A stretch of DNA of 64,000 bases, taken from the NCBI GenBank assembly GCA_002070045.1, contig MWCN01000042.1, positions 2,662 through 66,661 of the forward strand, written 5' to 3'. Of the stretch, positions 1 to 9,646 are shown in pieces. The position numbers and the translations under genes are program-made. The stretch comes from Candidatus Cloacimonetes bacterium ADurb.Bin211 (GTDB lineage: Bacteria > Cloacimonadota > Cloacimonadia > Cloacimonadales > Cloacimonadaceae). Under the pieces are notes generated by a model. That model ran no database searches and was not told where the DNA came from. It saw nothing but the letters and a program-made list of their open reading frames with translations. Position 1 is the first letter of the stretch; every line of letters starts with the position of its first letter.

Positions 1-1
1 G

Positions 2-325
2 GAACTATGGAAAAAGCGAAAGATTCCTCTGGCTACAGTTATCAAAATGACCAGTGAAAATTCTGCTAAAAGATTGGGACTTTATCCCACTAAAGGTTGC
101 ATTGCAGCTGGCTCAGATGCTGATTTTGTAATTTATAATCCGGAAAAAGAAACCCTGTTTAAGGCACCTGATGGCAGTATGCATAAACTGGAAGGAAGTA
201 TAGAAGAGGTATATCTTAGAGGAAATAGAGTGGTACAAAAAGGAAAAGTAGCACCTGCCAGCGGTTCTTTCCTCTTTCGTAAAAATTCTCCTAAAAGACG
301 ACATAATACCACTTCCTGGATTTAA
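2..325 (+). CDS. C-terminal part of a cyclic amidohydrolase (dihydroorotase/dihydropyrimidinase family), truncated by the window edge
   Basis: Frame is open from base 2. 'SENSAKRLGLYPTKGCIAAGSDADFVIYNP' matches the NPAK..G..KG.I..G.DAD amidohydrolase C-terminal motif. Confidence 0.8.
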   Translation, partial: ELWKKRKIPLATVIKMTSENSAKRLGLYPTKGCIAAGSDADFVIYNPEKETLFKAPDGSMHKLEGSIEEVYLRGNRVVQKGKVAPASGSFLFRKNSPKRRHNTTSWI

Positions 326-347
326 AAATATATTAACTGGAGGATAA

Positions 348-1673
348 ATGGAAAATCTGGATTACCTGAAAAGCGCGCTGGACAGTCATCCTGAGCTTCA
401 ATATGAAATTATTGAACAATACTGGACAACGGACTTCCTGCGCTTTTATCATAGCCAGACTAATTACAACATCAGCAAGGAAGTAACCTCGCTAGACGCA
501 ACTATCTATAAAGGCAAAAAATCATTCAGCTTTATGCTGGATAACGCTAATTCCCAAACTATTGACAATGCGGTGCAGGATGCTTTGTCAATAATAGATA
601 AGTTGCCCGAAGACCCTTATTTTGTAGATCTGGAAAACGACAAAACACTTGCTAAACCAAGAGAAGTCAAAAACAATATTGAGGTTGTCCCTCTAAAACT
701 GAAAACTGAAGTTTTAGCAAGAATTGCAACTGCCGTTGCTCCATACAATTTTGATATTTTTGGCTCCTTCGTCTGTAACTATCAAAAATACAGGCTCGTT
801 AACAGCAATGGCTTAGATAAGATTAGTGTCAGTTCTCCTTACTATCTGGAAGTTAAAGCAGTGCATAACAAATCTCAGGTAACTGTTGTGGAAGCATTCG
901 GAGGAGAAGATTTTCAATATTTCCAGGAAAGAAACTTCATAGAACAATTACTGCAAAAAATTGGCTTTTGTTCTCACGATATTGTGGATATTGAACCAGG
1001 AACTTATGATGTAATTTTAGCTCCGCGTTGTCTGGGTGAATTTGCTCAATATCTTGCCTATGGAATGAGTGCTCGCGCTTTAGACCAGCACACCAGCTTT
1101 TTTGAAGGAAAACTCAATCAAAAAGTATTTCCGGAATGGGTTAGCATCTGTGATGACCCTGAAGACCCGGATATGATACATAAAGATTATGGTTCTAATG
1201 GTCATATCTATCGTTATCTTTCTCTTATTGATCAGGGAATCTTTCGTAACTTTATGTGCGATAACTACTATTCCCATAAGACAGGACTTCCGAAAAACGG
1301 AAATACTGGATCTTGCTTAAAAATTGAAAAAGGCGATAAAACCTTGGATGAATTGATTGGTAGCATTAAATATGGTCTTTTTATATCCAGTCTTCACTAT
1401 ATGAACTTCATCAATCCAAAAGAAACCTCCATTACTGGTTTAACCCGGGACGGAACCTTTCTTATTGAAGACGGGAAAATCACCAAAGTAGTAAATAATC
1501 TTCGTTTCACTGAAAAAGTTGCTCGTATTTTTGATCACATTCAAGCCCTTGAAAATCGCAGTCATCCTGTTCCTTTCTCAGGAAACTATGCAATCTTTGA
1601 TGTTGAAACCGTGAAATCTCCTCATGCTCTGGTTAAAGACTTCAATATTTCTTCATCCACTAAAACAATCTGA
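348..1673 (+). CDS. TldE/PmbA-family protein (non-catalytic partner)
   Basis: 'ITGLTRDGTFLIEDGKITKVVNNLRF' and 'PGTYDVILAP' are TldD/PmbA motifs; no HExxGH; GGAGG RBS; adjacent to TldD. Confidence 0.8.
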   Translation: MENLDYLKSALDSHPELQYEIIEQYWTTDFLRFYHSQTNYNISKEVTSLDATIYKGKKSFSFMLDNANSQTIDNAVQDALSIIDKLPEDPYFVDLENDKTLAKPREVKNNIEVVPLKLKTEVLARIATAVAPYNFDIFGSFVCNYQKYRLVNSNGLDKISVSSPYYLEVKAVHNKSQVTVVEAFGGEDFQYFQERNFIEQLLQKIGFCSHDIVDIEPGTYDVILAPRCLGEFAQYLAYGMSARALDQHTSFFEGKLNQKVFPEWVSICDDPEDPDMIHKDYGSNGHIYRYLSLIDQGIFRNFMCDNYYSHKTGLPKNGNTGSCLKIEKGDKTLDELIGSIKYGLFISSLHYMNFINPKETSITGLTRDGTFLIEDGKITKVVNNLRFTEKVARIFDHIQALENRSHPVPFSGNYAIFDVETVKSPHALVKDFNISSSTKTI

Positions 1674-1683
1674 GGGAAATAAA

Positions 1684-3123
1684 ATGGAACAAATAATAAA
1701 ACAAACTATACAAAAATTATCGCTTCCCGAAATCACTTTTGCGGATGTGCGCATCACCCGCACTGATAACGAGTTTATTGCCTTTCAAAATGGTTATCTG
1801 CGTGCTTATGGCACTAATTTAGATTCTATCGCTCTCGGTATTAGAGTATTGATAAATGGTTGCTGGGGTTTTGCTGGAACCCGAGACTTAAGCAATAATT
1901 CTATAAATAAAGCTATCAATACTGCTATCTCCAATGCTCGGTATGGTAGTATTTTCCAAAAAAATAAAGTGGAATTTCCACCTCTTTCTCCTGTACAAGC
2001 TGAATATGAACATCATCCTGAACAGGATCCTTTTAAAATGGCAAAAGAAGAAAAGATAGACTATCTCCAGAGATTGGCAGAAGCTATCAAACCTCAGGGA
2101 AAGATTGTACATTCTGTAGTCTATGCTATGTTTATGCGTCAGGAAAAATATTACACTAATAGTGAAGGCACTTATTCTCATTCCACCTATTACAATACCC
2201 TTCCTATGATGGAGGTATTAGCTTCGGATGGAGCTCAAGTTCAATCCCGTACCTGGCCTGGACATATGGGTGCTGGAAGAGCTGGATTTGAACTGTTTCA
2301 TAAACATAAATTTGAAGAAAACACTGAACGGATAATTAAAGAAGCCACTGACCTGCTATCTGCTCCTACTATTGAAGAAGATAAAGCAGACATTATCATC
2401 GGAAGTGGGCATCTTGCACTCCAATTACATGAATCCGTAGGACATGCTACCGAGGCAGATCGTATCTTTGGAATGGAGATATCCTATGCTGGAAAGACCT
2501 TCATTAAACCTGAAATGATCGGCACTTTCCCGTATGCTTCACCGGTAGTGAATATCTTTAGTGATAGTACAGATCCTCGTGGTATGGGCTATCATCCTGT
2601 TGATGATGAAGGCGTCCCTGGAAAGAAAGTAGACATCATTAAAAATGGAATTCTGGTTAATCAACAAACTTCCCGTCAGATAGCTCATCTACTTGGTCTG
2701 GAACCTTCTTCTAATATGAAAGCTTCTTACGGAGATGATTTCCCTCTGGTGCGTATGACAAATTTCTGTCTGGCTCCTGGAGAAGGCACTCTGGATCAAC
2801 TAATAGCTGATACAGAACATGGTTATTTACTTGATTTCACTAAAACCTGGAGCATAGATGACAACCGTAATAACTTCCAGTTCACTACCGAAATCGGTTA
2901 TCGTATTGAAAAGGGAAAGATTGTTGGTATTGTGAAAGAACCAACCTATTATGGTATTACCAAAGAATTCTGGAATTCCTGTGACCGGGTTTGCGGTCCC
3001 GAAGAATGGGATTATCAAAGTACCTTCAATTGTGGTAAAGGAGAACCAGGACAATCTATGCAATTATCGCATGGTGTTGCACCTGCCAGATTCAGAAATA
3101 TTGATGTCCGTGTGAAAATTTAA
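1684..3123 (+). CDS. tldD: TldD-family metalloprotease
   Basis: 'LHESVGHATEADR' zinc motif, 'DDEGVP' and C-terminal 'NCGKGEPGQ'. Start moved to ATG 1684 after GAGGG. Confidence 0.88.
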   Translation: MEQIIKQTIQKLSLPEITFADVRITRTDNEFIAFQNGYLRAYGTNLDSIALGIRVLINGCWGFAGTRDLSNNSINKAINTAISNARYGSIFQKNKVEFPPLSPVQAEYEHHPEQDPFKMAKEEKIDYLQRLAEAIKPQGKIVHSVVYAMFMRQEKYYTNSEGTYSHSTYYNTLPMMEVLASDGAQVQSRTWPGHMGAGRAGFELFHKHKFEENTERIIKEATDLLSAPTIEEDKADIIIGSGHLALQLHESVGHATEADRIFGMEISYAGKTFIKPEMIGTFPYASPVVNIFSDSTDPRGMGYHPVDDEGVPGKKVDIIKNGILVNQQTSRQIAHLLGLEPSSNMKASYGDDFPLVRMTNFCLAPGEGTLDQLIADTEHGYLLDFTKTWSIDDNRNNFQFTTEIGYRIEKGKIVGIVKEPTYYGITKEFWNSCDRVCGPEEWDYQSTFNCGKGEPGQSMQLSHGVAPARFRNIDVRVKI

Positions 3124-3185
3124 GATGAGTTATATGTTTTCTCCTGTAACTTAACCTTCCTACAGAAAGAAACACTTCATAAAAA

Positions 3186-3223
3186 ATTGGTGCGTCGTAA
3201 AGTTAATATTGCGACGCACCAAT
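3186..3223. terminator. Intrinsic terminator hairpin between convergent genes
   Basis: ATTGGTGCGTCGTAA ... TTGCGACGCACCAAT stem, with an A-tract on the left (U-tract on the minus strand). Confidence 0.8.
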
Positions 3224-3294
3224 ATATTTAGATTTCACATTAGAGAGGATTATTGCATTCTTTACAGTTTACAAAAATGTCCCGATTCTATTAG

Positions 3295-3855
3295 TTATTT
3301 ACAATTTCTTCCACAGCCAGGATGGTATGCTTTCCCTAGTGGACATCTCTCAAAATTGGGAGGATATTTCCCTTCACGAGGACCTAATCCCAGACCATTC
3401 CCGGGAAATAGAGATTGCAATTTAGCTTTTTGCTCTGCAGTTAGCTCCTTCATAATCTGTTCCCTCAGTTCTATCCTATTATTAGCCCGACTGCGTTTTT
3501 TCTCATAAAGCTGGTTATTCAGAATTTTTGCTGCAGCATAATCTTCTCCCTTTATAGCTTTATGCAGATCAAGCTGAAGATTCCTTATTTCAGCATCAAT
3601 AATATTCATTGCTTTTTTATGATTAAGTTGCAACTCATCCAGTTTCTTTTTTTGTGCTTCTGTTAAATTAAGCTCTTTTAATACATTCCTGAATCCAACT
3701 TGTTCTGAACGAGGATTTAATTCTAAAGTGGCATTCATTTGAGAAGTTTTGTTACTGTTAACTGTTGAGGGTGGCATAGTTTTAGCGGTATCTTTAGACC
3801 AGATTATGCCAATTAACATTAAAGCGATTAGTGTGATAATAAAGGTCTTTTTCAT
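3295..3855 (-). CDS. Spy/CpxP-like periplasmic protein
   Basis: Signal peptide; two LTxxQ motifs (LNLTEAQ, LTAEQKAKL); helical; Cys/His-containing C-terminus. Confidence 0.75.
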   Translation of the reverse strand: MKKTFIITLIALMLIGIIWSKDTAKTMPPSTVNSNKTSQMNATLELNPRSEQVGFRNVLKELNLTEAQKKKLDELQLNHKKAMNIIDAEIRNLQLDLHKAIKGEDYAAAKILNNQLYEKKRSRANNRIELREQIMKELTAEQKAKLQSLFPGNGLGLGPREGKYPPNFERCPLGKAYHPGCGRNCK

Positions 3856-4307
3856 TTTGCTTTTCTCCTTTGATTAATTCTTTCTTCCTGATTGTCCAGT
3901 CTTGCCATTCTTGAGGAAAAATGTTCTTCTGCCTCTTGAGCAGTCATAGTTTTCCGCCATTCCAACATTTTATACCCCATAGCTCTTTCCATATTACTTT
4001 GCGCTTCAACTGATTTTTCAATTATGGCTTTAACTTTTACCTCATCTATCGGGTCCTTAGAAAGCTCTTCCATTAATTCTCTTTTAGTTTTAAAGAAGCT
4101 ATCTCGCAAAGCTGCAATTTGAGGGTCAAATCTATCCGGAGGAACAAATTTTCCCATATTCTTAGGTGGAAGTCCATCCGGAGGTTTTTGATAATGATGT
4201 TCTATGTGATTGTGCCGAAATACATTCATAACTATAAAACCACCAATAATTCCGGCATTAAGAAAAAGCGATATAAGTAAAAGAATTGTCAAAGCCCGTT
4301 TACTCAT
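3852..4307 (-). CDS. Membrane-anchored periplasmic heavy-metal-sensor (Spy/CnrX-like) protein
   Basis: 'LLLISLFLNAGIIGG' anchor typical of the family, His-rich HNHIEHH, 'MTAQE' LTxxQ-like motif; 4-bp overlaps with both neighbours. Confidence 0.65.
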   Translation of the reverse strand: MSKRALTILLLISLFLNAGIIGGFIVMNVFRHNHIEHHYQKPPDGLPPKNMGKFVPPDRFDPQIAALRDSFFKTKRELMEELSKDPIDEVKVKAIIEKSVEAQSNMERAMGYKMLEWRKTMTAQEAEEHFSSRMARLDNQEERINQRRKAK

Positions 4308-4777
4308 TTATAATCCTCACTCGTTTGGTAAAATAAATCTTCCATCAAAGTGCTTTCCCCAAAGACTACCAGATTCAAACTATCGGTTTGCGATGCTTGA
4401 TTGCTATAGATTACAGAAGCATTCTCGGGAAGAGGGTTAATTTTACTATAGGCAGTTTTCCCTAATGCCCAACCTCCCATCAAACTTAAAACTATCGCTA
4501 CCAGAGCAGGAATGGTCTGCCATCTGACAATTAAACCGTTCAGCATTCTTTTCCTTTCATGCTTAACTGTTTCTTCCAGAATACGATTATGCAACCAGGA
4601 AGGAAATTCCCGAACGGGATAAGTGCATAATAATTGCTGTAGTTCCCTGGCTTCGGCTTCGTATTTACGGCATTGGGAACACTTTCTCAGATGCAGCTTC
4701 AGAGCTTTTCCTTTTTCTTCAGGAAGTTCATTATCAAGCTTTAACTCTATCAGATATTGCGCTTTACTGCATCTCAC
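4304..4777 (-). CDS. Zinc-finger (zf-HC2/ZAS) transmembrane anti-sigma factor
   Basis: N-terminal Cys plus 'HLRKCSQC' (Hx3Cx2C), one TM helix, directly downstream of the ECF sigma gene; GTG start. Confidence 0.85.
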   Translation of the reverse strand: MRCSKAQYLIELKLDNELPEEKGKALKLHLRKCSQCRKYEAEARELQQLLCTYPVREFPSWLHNRILEETVKHERKRMLNGLIVRWQTIPALVAIVLSLMGGWALGKTAYSKINPLPENASVIYSNQASQTDSLNLVVFGESTLMEDLFYQTSEDYK

Positions 4778-4822
4778 GGTTGCCTCTTTTCAAATTTCAT
4801 TTTTATAATCTTTTTCATAAAT

Positions 4823-5320
4823 TTATACCCTTCCTTCCTTTCTATCCTTCATTAAATTTTTCCGGAGTCGTTTCTTAGCTCTAACTAATAATGATTCTAC
4901 GGCTTTTACACTTACACCCAATTTTTCCGCAATCTCTTTATAGCTAAGCTTATCAAAATATTGCAGTTGAATAACACTGGCTAATCGTGGTGGAAGCTCT
5001 TTTATCGCTGTATGAAGCAAAGAATAATCCTTATCATTGCCCTTAATGTTACGGTCTTGCATTTGTTCAAAAGATTTAGGTTCAAAATTCACATAACGAT
5101 TCTTTTGTTTTAGATAGGTCATACTTTTGTTATGTGCAATACGATACAGATAGGAAAGAGCAGTGGATTCATCTATATTATCAATATGTTCGTAAAATGA
5201 TAGAAAGACCATTTGCGCCACATCATTTGCATCGCTCTCATCACCTAAAAGGGAAAGCAAATAATTATATATCCTTTTCTCATTAGCTTTTAAGAATTCT
5301 GGAAACTGCTCTTTTTTCAT
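4823..5320 (-). CDS. ECF-family RNA polymerase sigma factor
   Basis: 165 aa; region 2 'DANDVAQMVF..SYLYRIAHN' and region 4 HTH 'LSYKEIAEKLGVSVKAVESLLVRAKKRLR'. Confidence 0.92.
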   Translation of the reverse strand: MKKEQFPEFLKANEKRIYNYLLSLLGDESDANDVAQMVFLSFYEHIDNIDESTALSYLYRIAHNKSMTYLKQKNRYVNFEPKSFEQMQDRNIKGNDKDYSLLHTAIKELPPRLASVIQLQYFDKLSYKEIAEKLGVSVKAVESLLVRAKKRLRKNLMKDRKEGRV

Positions 5321-5580
5321 TATACTACCTTATATTTTTTTAACAAAGAAGGGATTAAACTCTTCAAATTATCCTTTAGAACTGGTGTCAAGATATTTGA
5401 CCTGCGACATCTTCTTTACAATTTTCTATCTCACTTATAGTTAAACTAGTTAGCTAAGATAATTGTTCTTTGTTGATAATTATATTCCATTCCAGTAGAT
5501 TTATCTTTCGGTAATATTACTATCTTCCCCTTAATCAATATGTTATAATATTTATAAAGTAGTAAGATATCAATTGTGAT

Positions 5581-5651
5581 TCTTGTCTCATACTTAGCAG
5601 TTTCTTAGTTAATGAGATAAGAGAGAGCCAAGAGAGAGCCAGGAGAGAAAA
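5581..5651. repeat. Intergenic 11-bp tandem repeat (AAGAGAGAGCC x2 plus a degenerate copy) next to an inverted repeat
   Basis: Units at 5619-5629 and 5630-5640; TCTTGTCTCAT/ATGAGATAAGA inverted pair at 5581-5622; 27-nt core shared with 58114-58140. Confidence 0.7.
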
Positions 5652-5839
5652 AGAAAAGTGCAATGTATTTTATATGCTAAAACTAAATTATATATATCAG
5701 CTCCTATGTTAATATATTTTTAGTAACATTATACTTTCCCAAATCACTATTATTATCAGGGAAAAACATATCTGGAAATTTTCCTCTTGGACAAAAGGAT
5801 AATTCGGTTTACTATTTTGCTATAAGAGGAGGTTTTAAA

Positions 5840-6451
5840 ATGAAAATATTAGTGCTTTTTTATTCCACATATGGTCATATCTATGAAATGGCAAAAGCAG
5901 AAGCAGAGGGAGCACAGAGTGTTCCTGGAATGGAAGTGATACTGAGAAGGGTGCCAGAAACTTTATCTTCTGAGATTTTAGAAAAGATGCATGCCAGGGA
6001 AGCTCAAAAGAAATTTGAACATATTCCAGTGGCACAAGTTCAGGATTTAGCTGAAGCTGATGCTATAATTTTTGGCACTCCTACTCGTTTTGGCAATATG
6101 GCAGCTCAGATGAAGAGTTTTCTTGACTCCACAGGGCAGCTCTGGGCTCATCATTCTTTAGTCGGTAAAGTTGGTGCTGTTTTTACCAGTTCCAATACTC
6201 AACATGGAGGTCAGGAATCAACTATCTTGAGCTTTTTGATAACTTTACTTCATCACGGAATGATTATCGCCGGTTTGCCCTATACCTTTGAAGGACAGAC
6301 TACAATGGATGAAATCGCTGGTGGTTCTCCTTATGGAGCTTCTACAATAGCAGGTGGAGATGAACCTCGTATGCCTTCTCAAATAGAACTTGATGGAGCT
6401 CGTTATCAAGGAAGATATGTAGCAGAACTAACTGCTAAACTTAGAGGTTGA
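5840..6451 (+). CDS. wrbA: NAD(P)H:quinone oxidoreductase, WrbA flavodoxin-like
   Basis: 'YSTYGH', 'GTPTRFGNM', 'QHGGQEST' and 'GGSPYGAST' motifs; GGAGG RBS. Confidence 0.95.
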   Translation: MKILVLFYSTYGHIYEMAKAEAEGAQSVPGMEVILRRVPETLSSEILEKMHAREAQKKFEHIPVAQVQDLAEADAIIFGTPTRFGNMAAQMKSFLDSTGQLWAHHSLVGKVGAVFTSSNTQHGGQESTILSFLITLLHHGMIIAGLPYTFEGQTTMDEIAGGSPYGASTIAGGDEPRMPSQIELDGARYQGRYVAELTAKLRG

Positions 6452-6510
6452 TTGTTATTGACACAAATTGAGGCTCCTTATTAAATGTTATTATAATAAG
6501 GAGCTTTTTT

Positions 6511-9000
6511 ATGCGTCAGTTCGTCTGTTTGATACTCTTTTTTCTTACCGTCAGTTTATTCTTTGCTGACACTATAGGTATTCTTTCTACTACAGAGATG
6601 GCACAATTGGTTGATATGCTTGATTCTGCAGGATTAACCTCTAATTCTTTAAAGTTTGAAAAGGACTGGGATTTAAGCACTAACTATAAGTTAAACTGGC
6701 AGTTGAATCAACTTCAGAATCCCTGGTTAGCTCTGGAAGATATACAACATATTAAAGAATTATGTGGTTCTTCAGAAAATGAAGAACTTGAACAATTGCT
6801 TCGTGAATTAGGAGGCATTGCTTTCAATCTCCATCCTTACCAATTTACTACGCTTTACTCTTCAGCTAAATTGGTTTATATGGCTCAACTTTCAAAAAAG
6901 GTGGAAAAACCAGAAGATATATTTAAATGGCTGGATGCACATTTACAAAATTTTAAAGAGGAATTTAATCAGGTTACTCGCGACATCAATGAAAACAGAT
7001 TAAAAGAATTACAAAGTTTCTGGTTCAGTCAATTCATTGAAGCTGAAGATACTCTTGCTTATAAATCTTATTTTACCAATCAGAATCTTCCTGCATACGA
7101 TAAATTGAACATTGATAAGCTGATAAAGGAATTCTACCTTTTTCATTTTGACTTGCTTTTACAATGTGGTATAAAATACCTCGCCCTATCCGATGCTCTG
7201 ACAGAACATTGTAAGAGCTTGAAGTATAATAATAAAAGTCCCATTATTAAACGAACTGATTCTGGTTATATGATTATTGGAACTAAAGAAGATGATATTT
7301 ATCTGGATAAAAAGCTTTCCCCTATCTGTTTTTTACTTGATCCCTCAGGCAATGACCGTTATGAAATTGAGCTTAAAACCAGCCTGGATAATCCCTTTTA
7401 TATATTATTAGACCTTCAGGGTGATGACTTTTATAAGAACTCTGATATTGCTTCTATGTTTTGCAGTAAATATGGTTTTGGCTATTCACAGGATTTAAGT
7501 GGAGATGACATTTATCAGACGGGAGATTTTTCTTTTGCTTCCTTTATAGGGATTAATCTTCACCAGGATAAATCTGGAGATGATTTTTATCAAAGTGGCT
7601 TATTTTCTCAGGGAGCAGCAATGTTCGGAATAGCAGCAATTGTTGATTTTAACGGCAATGATAGCTATAAAGCCACCTGTATGGCACAGGGTTTTGGCAG
7701 CACTTATGGTACAGGTGCAATTCTGGATTTTGCTGGAGCAGATGTCTATTACCTTGGCGGTAAATATTTTCACGAACCTCTGATGCCTCTGGATTATTTG
7801 ACTTTAGGACAGGGTATGGGTTTTGGTCTCCGTCCTGATATGGCAGGAGGTCTGGGTTTACTTTTTGATGATAAGGGCAATGATAAATACCTTGGTGGAG
7901 TTTATGCTCAAGGTTCAGGTTACTGGTATGCCACTGGACTATTGATTGATGAATCTGGAAATGATGTCTATAACACCGTCTACTATCCTCAAGGCTCTGG
8001 TATACATCTTGCTTGTGGTTTCTTACTTGATGAATCTGGTGATGATGCTTACTATAGCAGAAATGGACCTGGACAGGGTGCAGGTCACGATTGGTCTTTA
8101 GGTATCCTTGTGGATAGTTCTGGAAATGACGCTTATTCTATTCCTGGTGGAAATGGTCTCGGATTAACTAATTCTGTAGGAATCTTTATAGATAAATGTG
8201 GTGACGACCGCTATGAGCGTCAGTATCCACAAAATTATGGCTATGCCAATTACTCTCGTAGTACCGGTGGAATTGGTCTATTTCTGGATGCTGGTGGAAA
8301 TGATTGCTATCCTGACACTCTTGAGTCTAATAATAGCCTATGGCATCGTGGAATCTATGGTATTGGTCAGGATATAGAATTAAATCTAACAACTAAAACG
8401 GAAATAGAAAAGCTTGCTGAAGAAGCACCCTTGCCCCAAGAAAAGGATAAAATAGAAGAAATCTTTGCTGCTGCTTCAGAATGGGAAGTTGGCTCTGCCG
8501 TAAAAAGAGTTCAAAAAGCTAGAGAATTCTTGGTTCAAAGAGCAGATGAAGCTATTCCTTATATTCTTTCTAAGAAAATTAATACTCAATCTTCGCTTGA
8601 ATACCGTGCTCTGGAAACTCTGGCAGCTAAATCTCCAAAATTTATCCAGGAACTATATAAAGTGATAGATACAGAGGATAGTTTAGCCGCAAAAAACGCA
8701 CTCTCCCTTATAGCTACAACGGGAGATACCCTGCTGGTAGATTATGTTCAGAGGCTTCTAAATCAGAAAAAATATGAGACCACTTGCATTGCCGTTCTAG
8801 GTGCTATAAATAGTGAAAAAAGTGTGAATCTGCTTAAAAACTATATTCATCATCCCAGTGAGAGATTTCGTTATCTTGCTGCAAAGTCATTAAAACAGAT
8901 TAAACATCCATCTGCTCATAATGCCTTAATGCTAATGAAAGATGACACTTCATTCTTAGTTCAGACTTTGCTTCGTAATCTTCCTCCGGAAATAGATTGA
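6511..9000 (+). CDS. Large exported protein with 12 DxxGxDxY repeats and C-terminal HEAT-like repeats; function unknown
   Basis: Signal peptide; repeats such as DPSGNDRY, DLQGDDFY, DESGNDVY; C-terminal 'RYLAAKSLKQI' HEAT-like helices. Confidence 0.7.
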   Translation: MRQFVCLILFFLTVSLFFADTIGILSTTEMAQLVDMLDSAGLTSNSLKFEKDWDLSTNYKLNWQLNQLQNPWLALEDIQHIKELCGSSENEELEQLLRELGGIAFNLHPYQFTTLYSSAKLVYMAQLSKKVEKPEDIFKWLDAHLQNFKEEFNQVTRDINENRLKELQSFWFSQFIEAEDTLAYKSYFTNQNLPAYDKLNIDKLIKEFYLFHFDLLLQCGIKYLALSDALTEHCKSLKYNNKSPIIKRTDSGYMIIGTKEDDIYLDKKLSPICFLLDPSGNDRYEIELKTSLDNPFYILLDLQGDDFYKNSDIASMFCSKYGFGYSQDLSGDDIYQTGDFSFASFIGINLHQDKSGDDFYQSGLFSQGAAMFGIAAIVDFNGNDSYKATCMAQGFGSTYGTGAILDFAGADVYYLGGKYFHEPLMPLDYLTLGQGMGFGLRPDMAGGLGLLFDDKGNDKYLGGVYAQGSGYWYATGLLIDESGNDVYNTVYYPQGSGIHLACGFLLDESGDDAYYSRNGPGQGAGHDWSLGILVDSSGNDAYSIPGGNGLGLTNSVGIFIDKCGDDRYERQYPQNYGYANYSRSTGGIGLFLDAGGNDCYPDTLESNNSLWHRGIYGIGQDIELNLTTKTEIEKLAEEAPLPQEKDKIEEIFAAASEWEVGSAVKRVQKAREFLVQRADEAIPYILSKKINTQSSLEYRALETLAAKSPKFIQELYKVIDTEDSLAAKNALSLIATTGDTLLVDYVQRLLNQKKYETTCIAVLGAINSEKSVNLLKNYIHHPSERFRYLAAKSLKQIKHPSAHNALMLMKDDTSFLVQTLLRNLPPEID

Positions 9001-9620
9001 TGAGTAACGAACGGGAAGAATTCATTTATTTTTTACAGGAACTTAAACTTTCAGATATAGATACGATTATATCCAGATTTGAATTATATTATCAGTTACT
9101 AATTGAATATAATCAACATATCAATTTGTTTTCTCGTGCCACACCTGTTTCTAACCTGTGGACTCACCATTTTCTTGACAGTCTTCTTCCTCTAAAAGTT
9201 ATTGATTTTTCAAATAAGAAATTAATGGATTTTGGATCGGGAGGTGGTTTACCCGGAATTCCAGTTAAACTGGCGATTCCTTCTTGCAAGATGGTGCTAT
9301 TAGATTCTATTCATAAAAGAGCAAGAGCCACCAGTGAAATGATAATTAAGATGGAGTTATCTGATTGTGAATCCATATGTAGTCGTCTTGAAGATTATTA
9401 TTCGGATGAAAAATTTGATTATATACTCTGCCGTGCCGTAAAAATGGAAAGACGCTATTATAGACATATGAAGAGATTGCTTAAACCAGAAGGATTGATG
9501 CTTCTATATAAGGCAAAAGATTATAATGATATAGCTGCTTTAAAACCGAGAGAACTAATAAGAGAAGATTTTTCTTACGGAAAACGTGTGATTTATGCTC
9601 TTAAACCATCTCAGTTCTGA
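8997..9620 (+). CDS. rsmG: 16S rRNA m7G527 methyltransferase RsmG (GidB)
   Basis: 'HFLDSL', 'DFGSGGGLPGIP', 'CRAV'; precedes parAB. Confidence 0.92.
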   Translation: MMSNEREEFIYFLQELKLSDIDTIISRFELYYQLLIEYNQHINLFSRATPVSNLWTHHFLDSLLPLKVIDFSNKKLMDFGSGGGLPGIPVKLAIPSCKMVLLDSIHKRARATSEMIIKMELSDCESICSRLEDYYSDEKFDYILCRAVKMERRYYRHMKRLLKPEGLMLLYKAKDYNDIAALKPRELIREDFSYGKRVIYALKPSQF

Positions 9621-9646
9621 TAATAAAAACACAAATGTAATATACT

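Noticed and set aside
1624-1683. N-terminal extensions in the ORF track for tldD (also SRAP 33150, feoB 43447, feoA 45617, C25 53856)
   Set aside because: Downstream ATGs fit the RBS position or family N-termini better.
3209-3508. 99-aa plus-strand ORF and the many other short ORFs inside larger genes
   Set aside because: Shadow or alternate-frame ORFs overlapping well-supported genes, without RBS or recognisable motifs.
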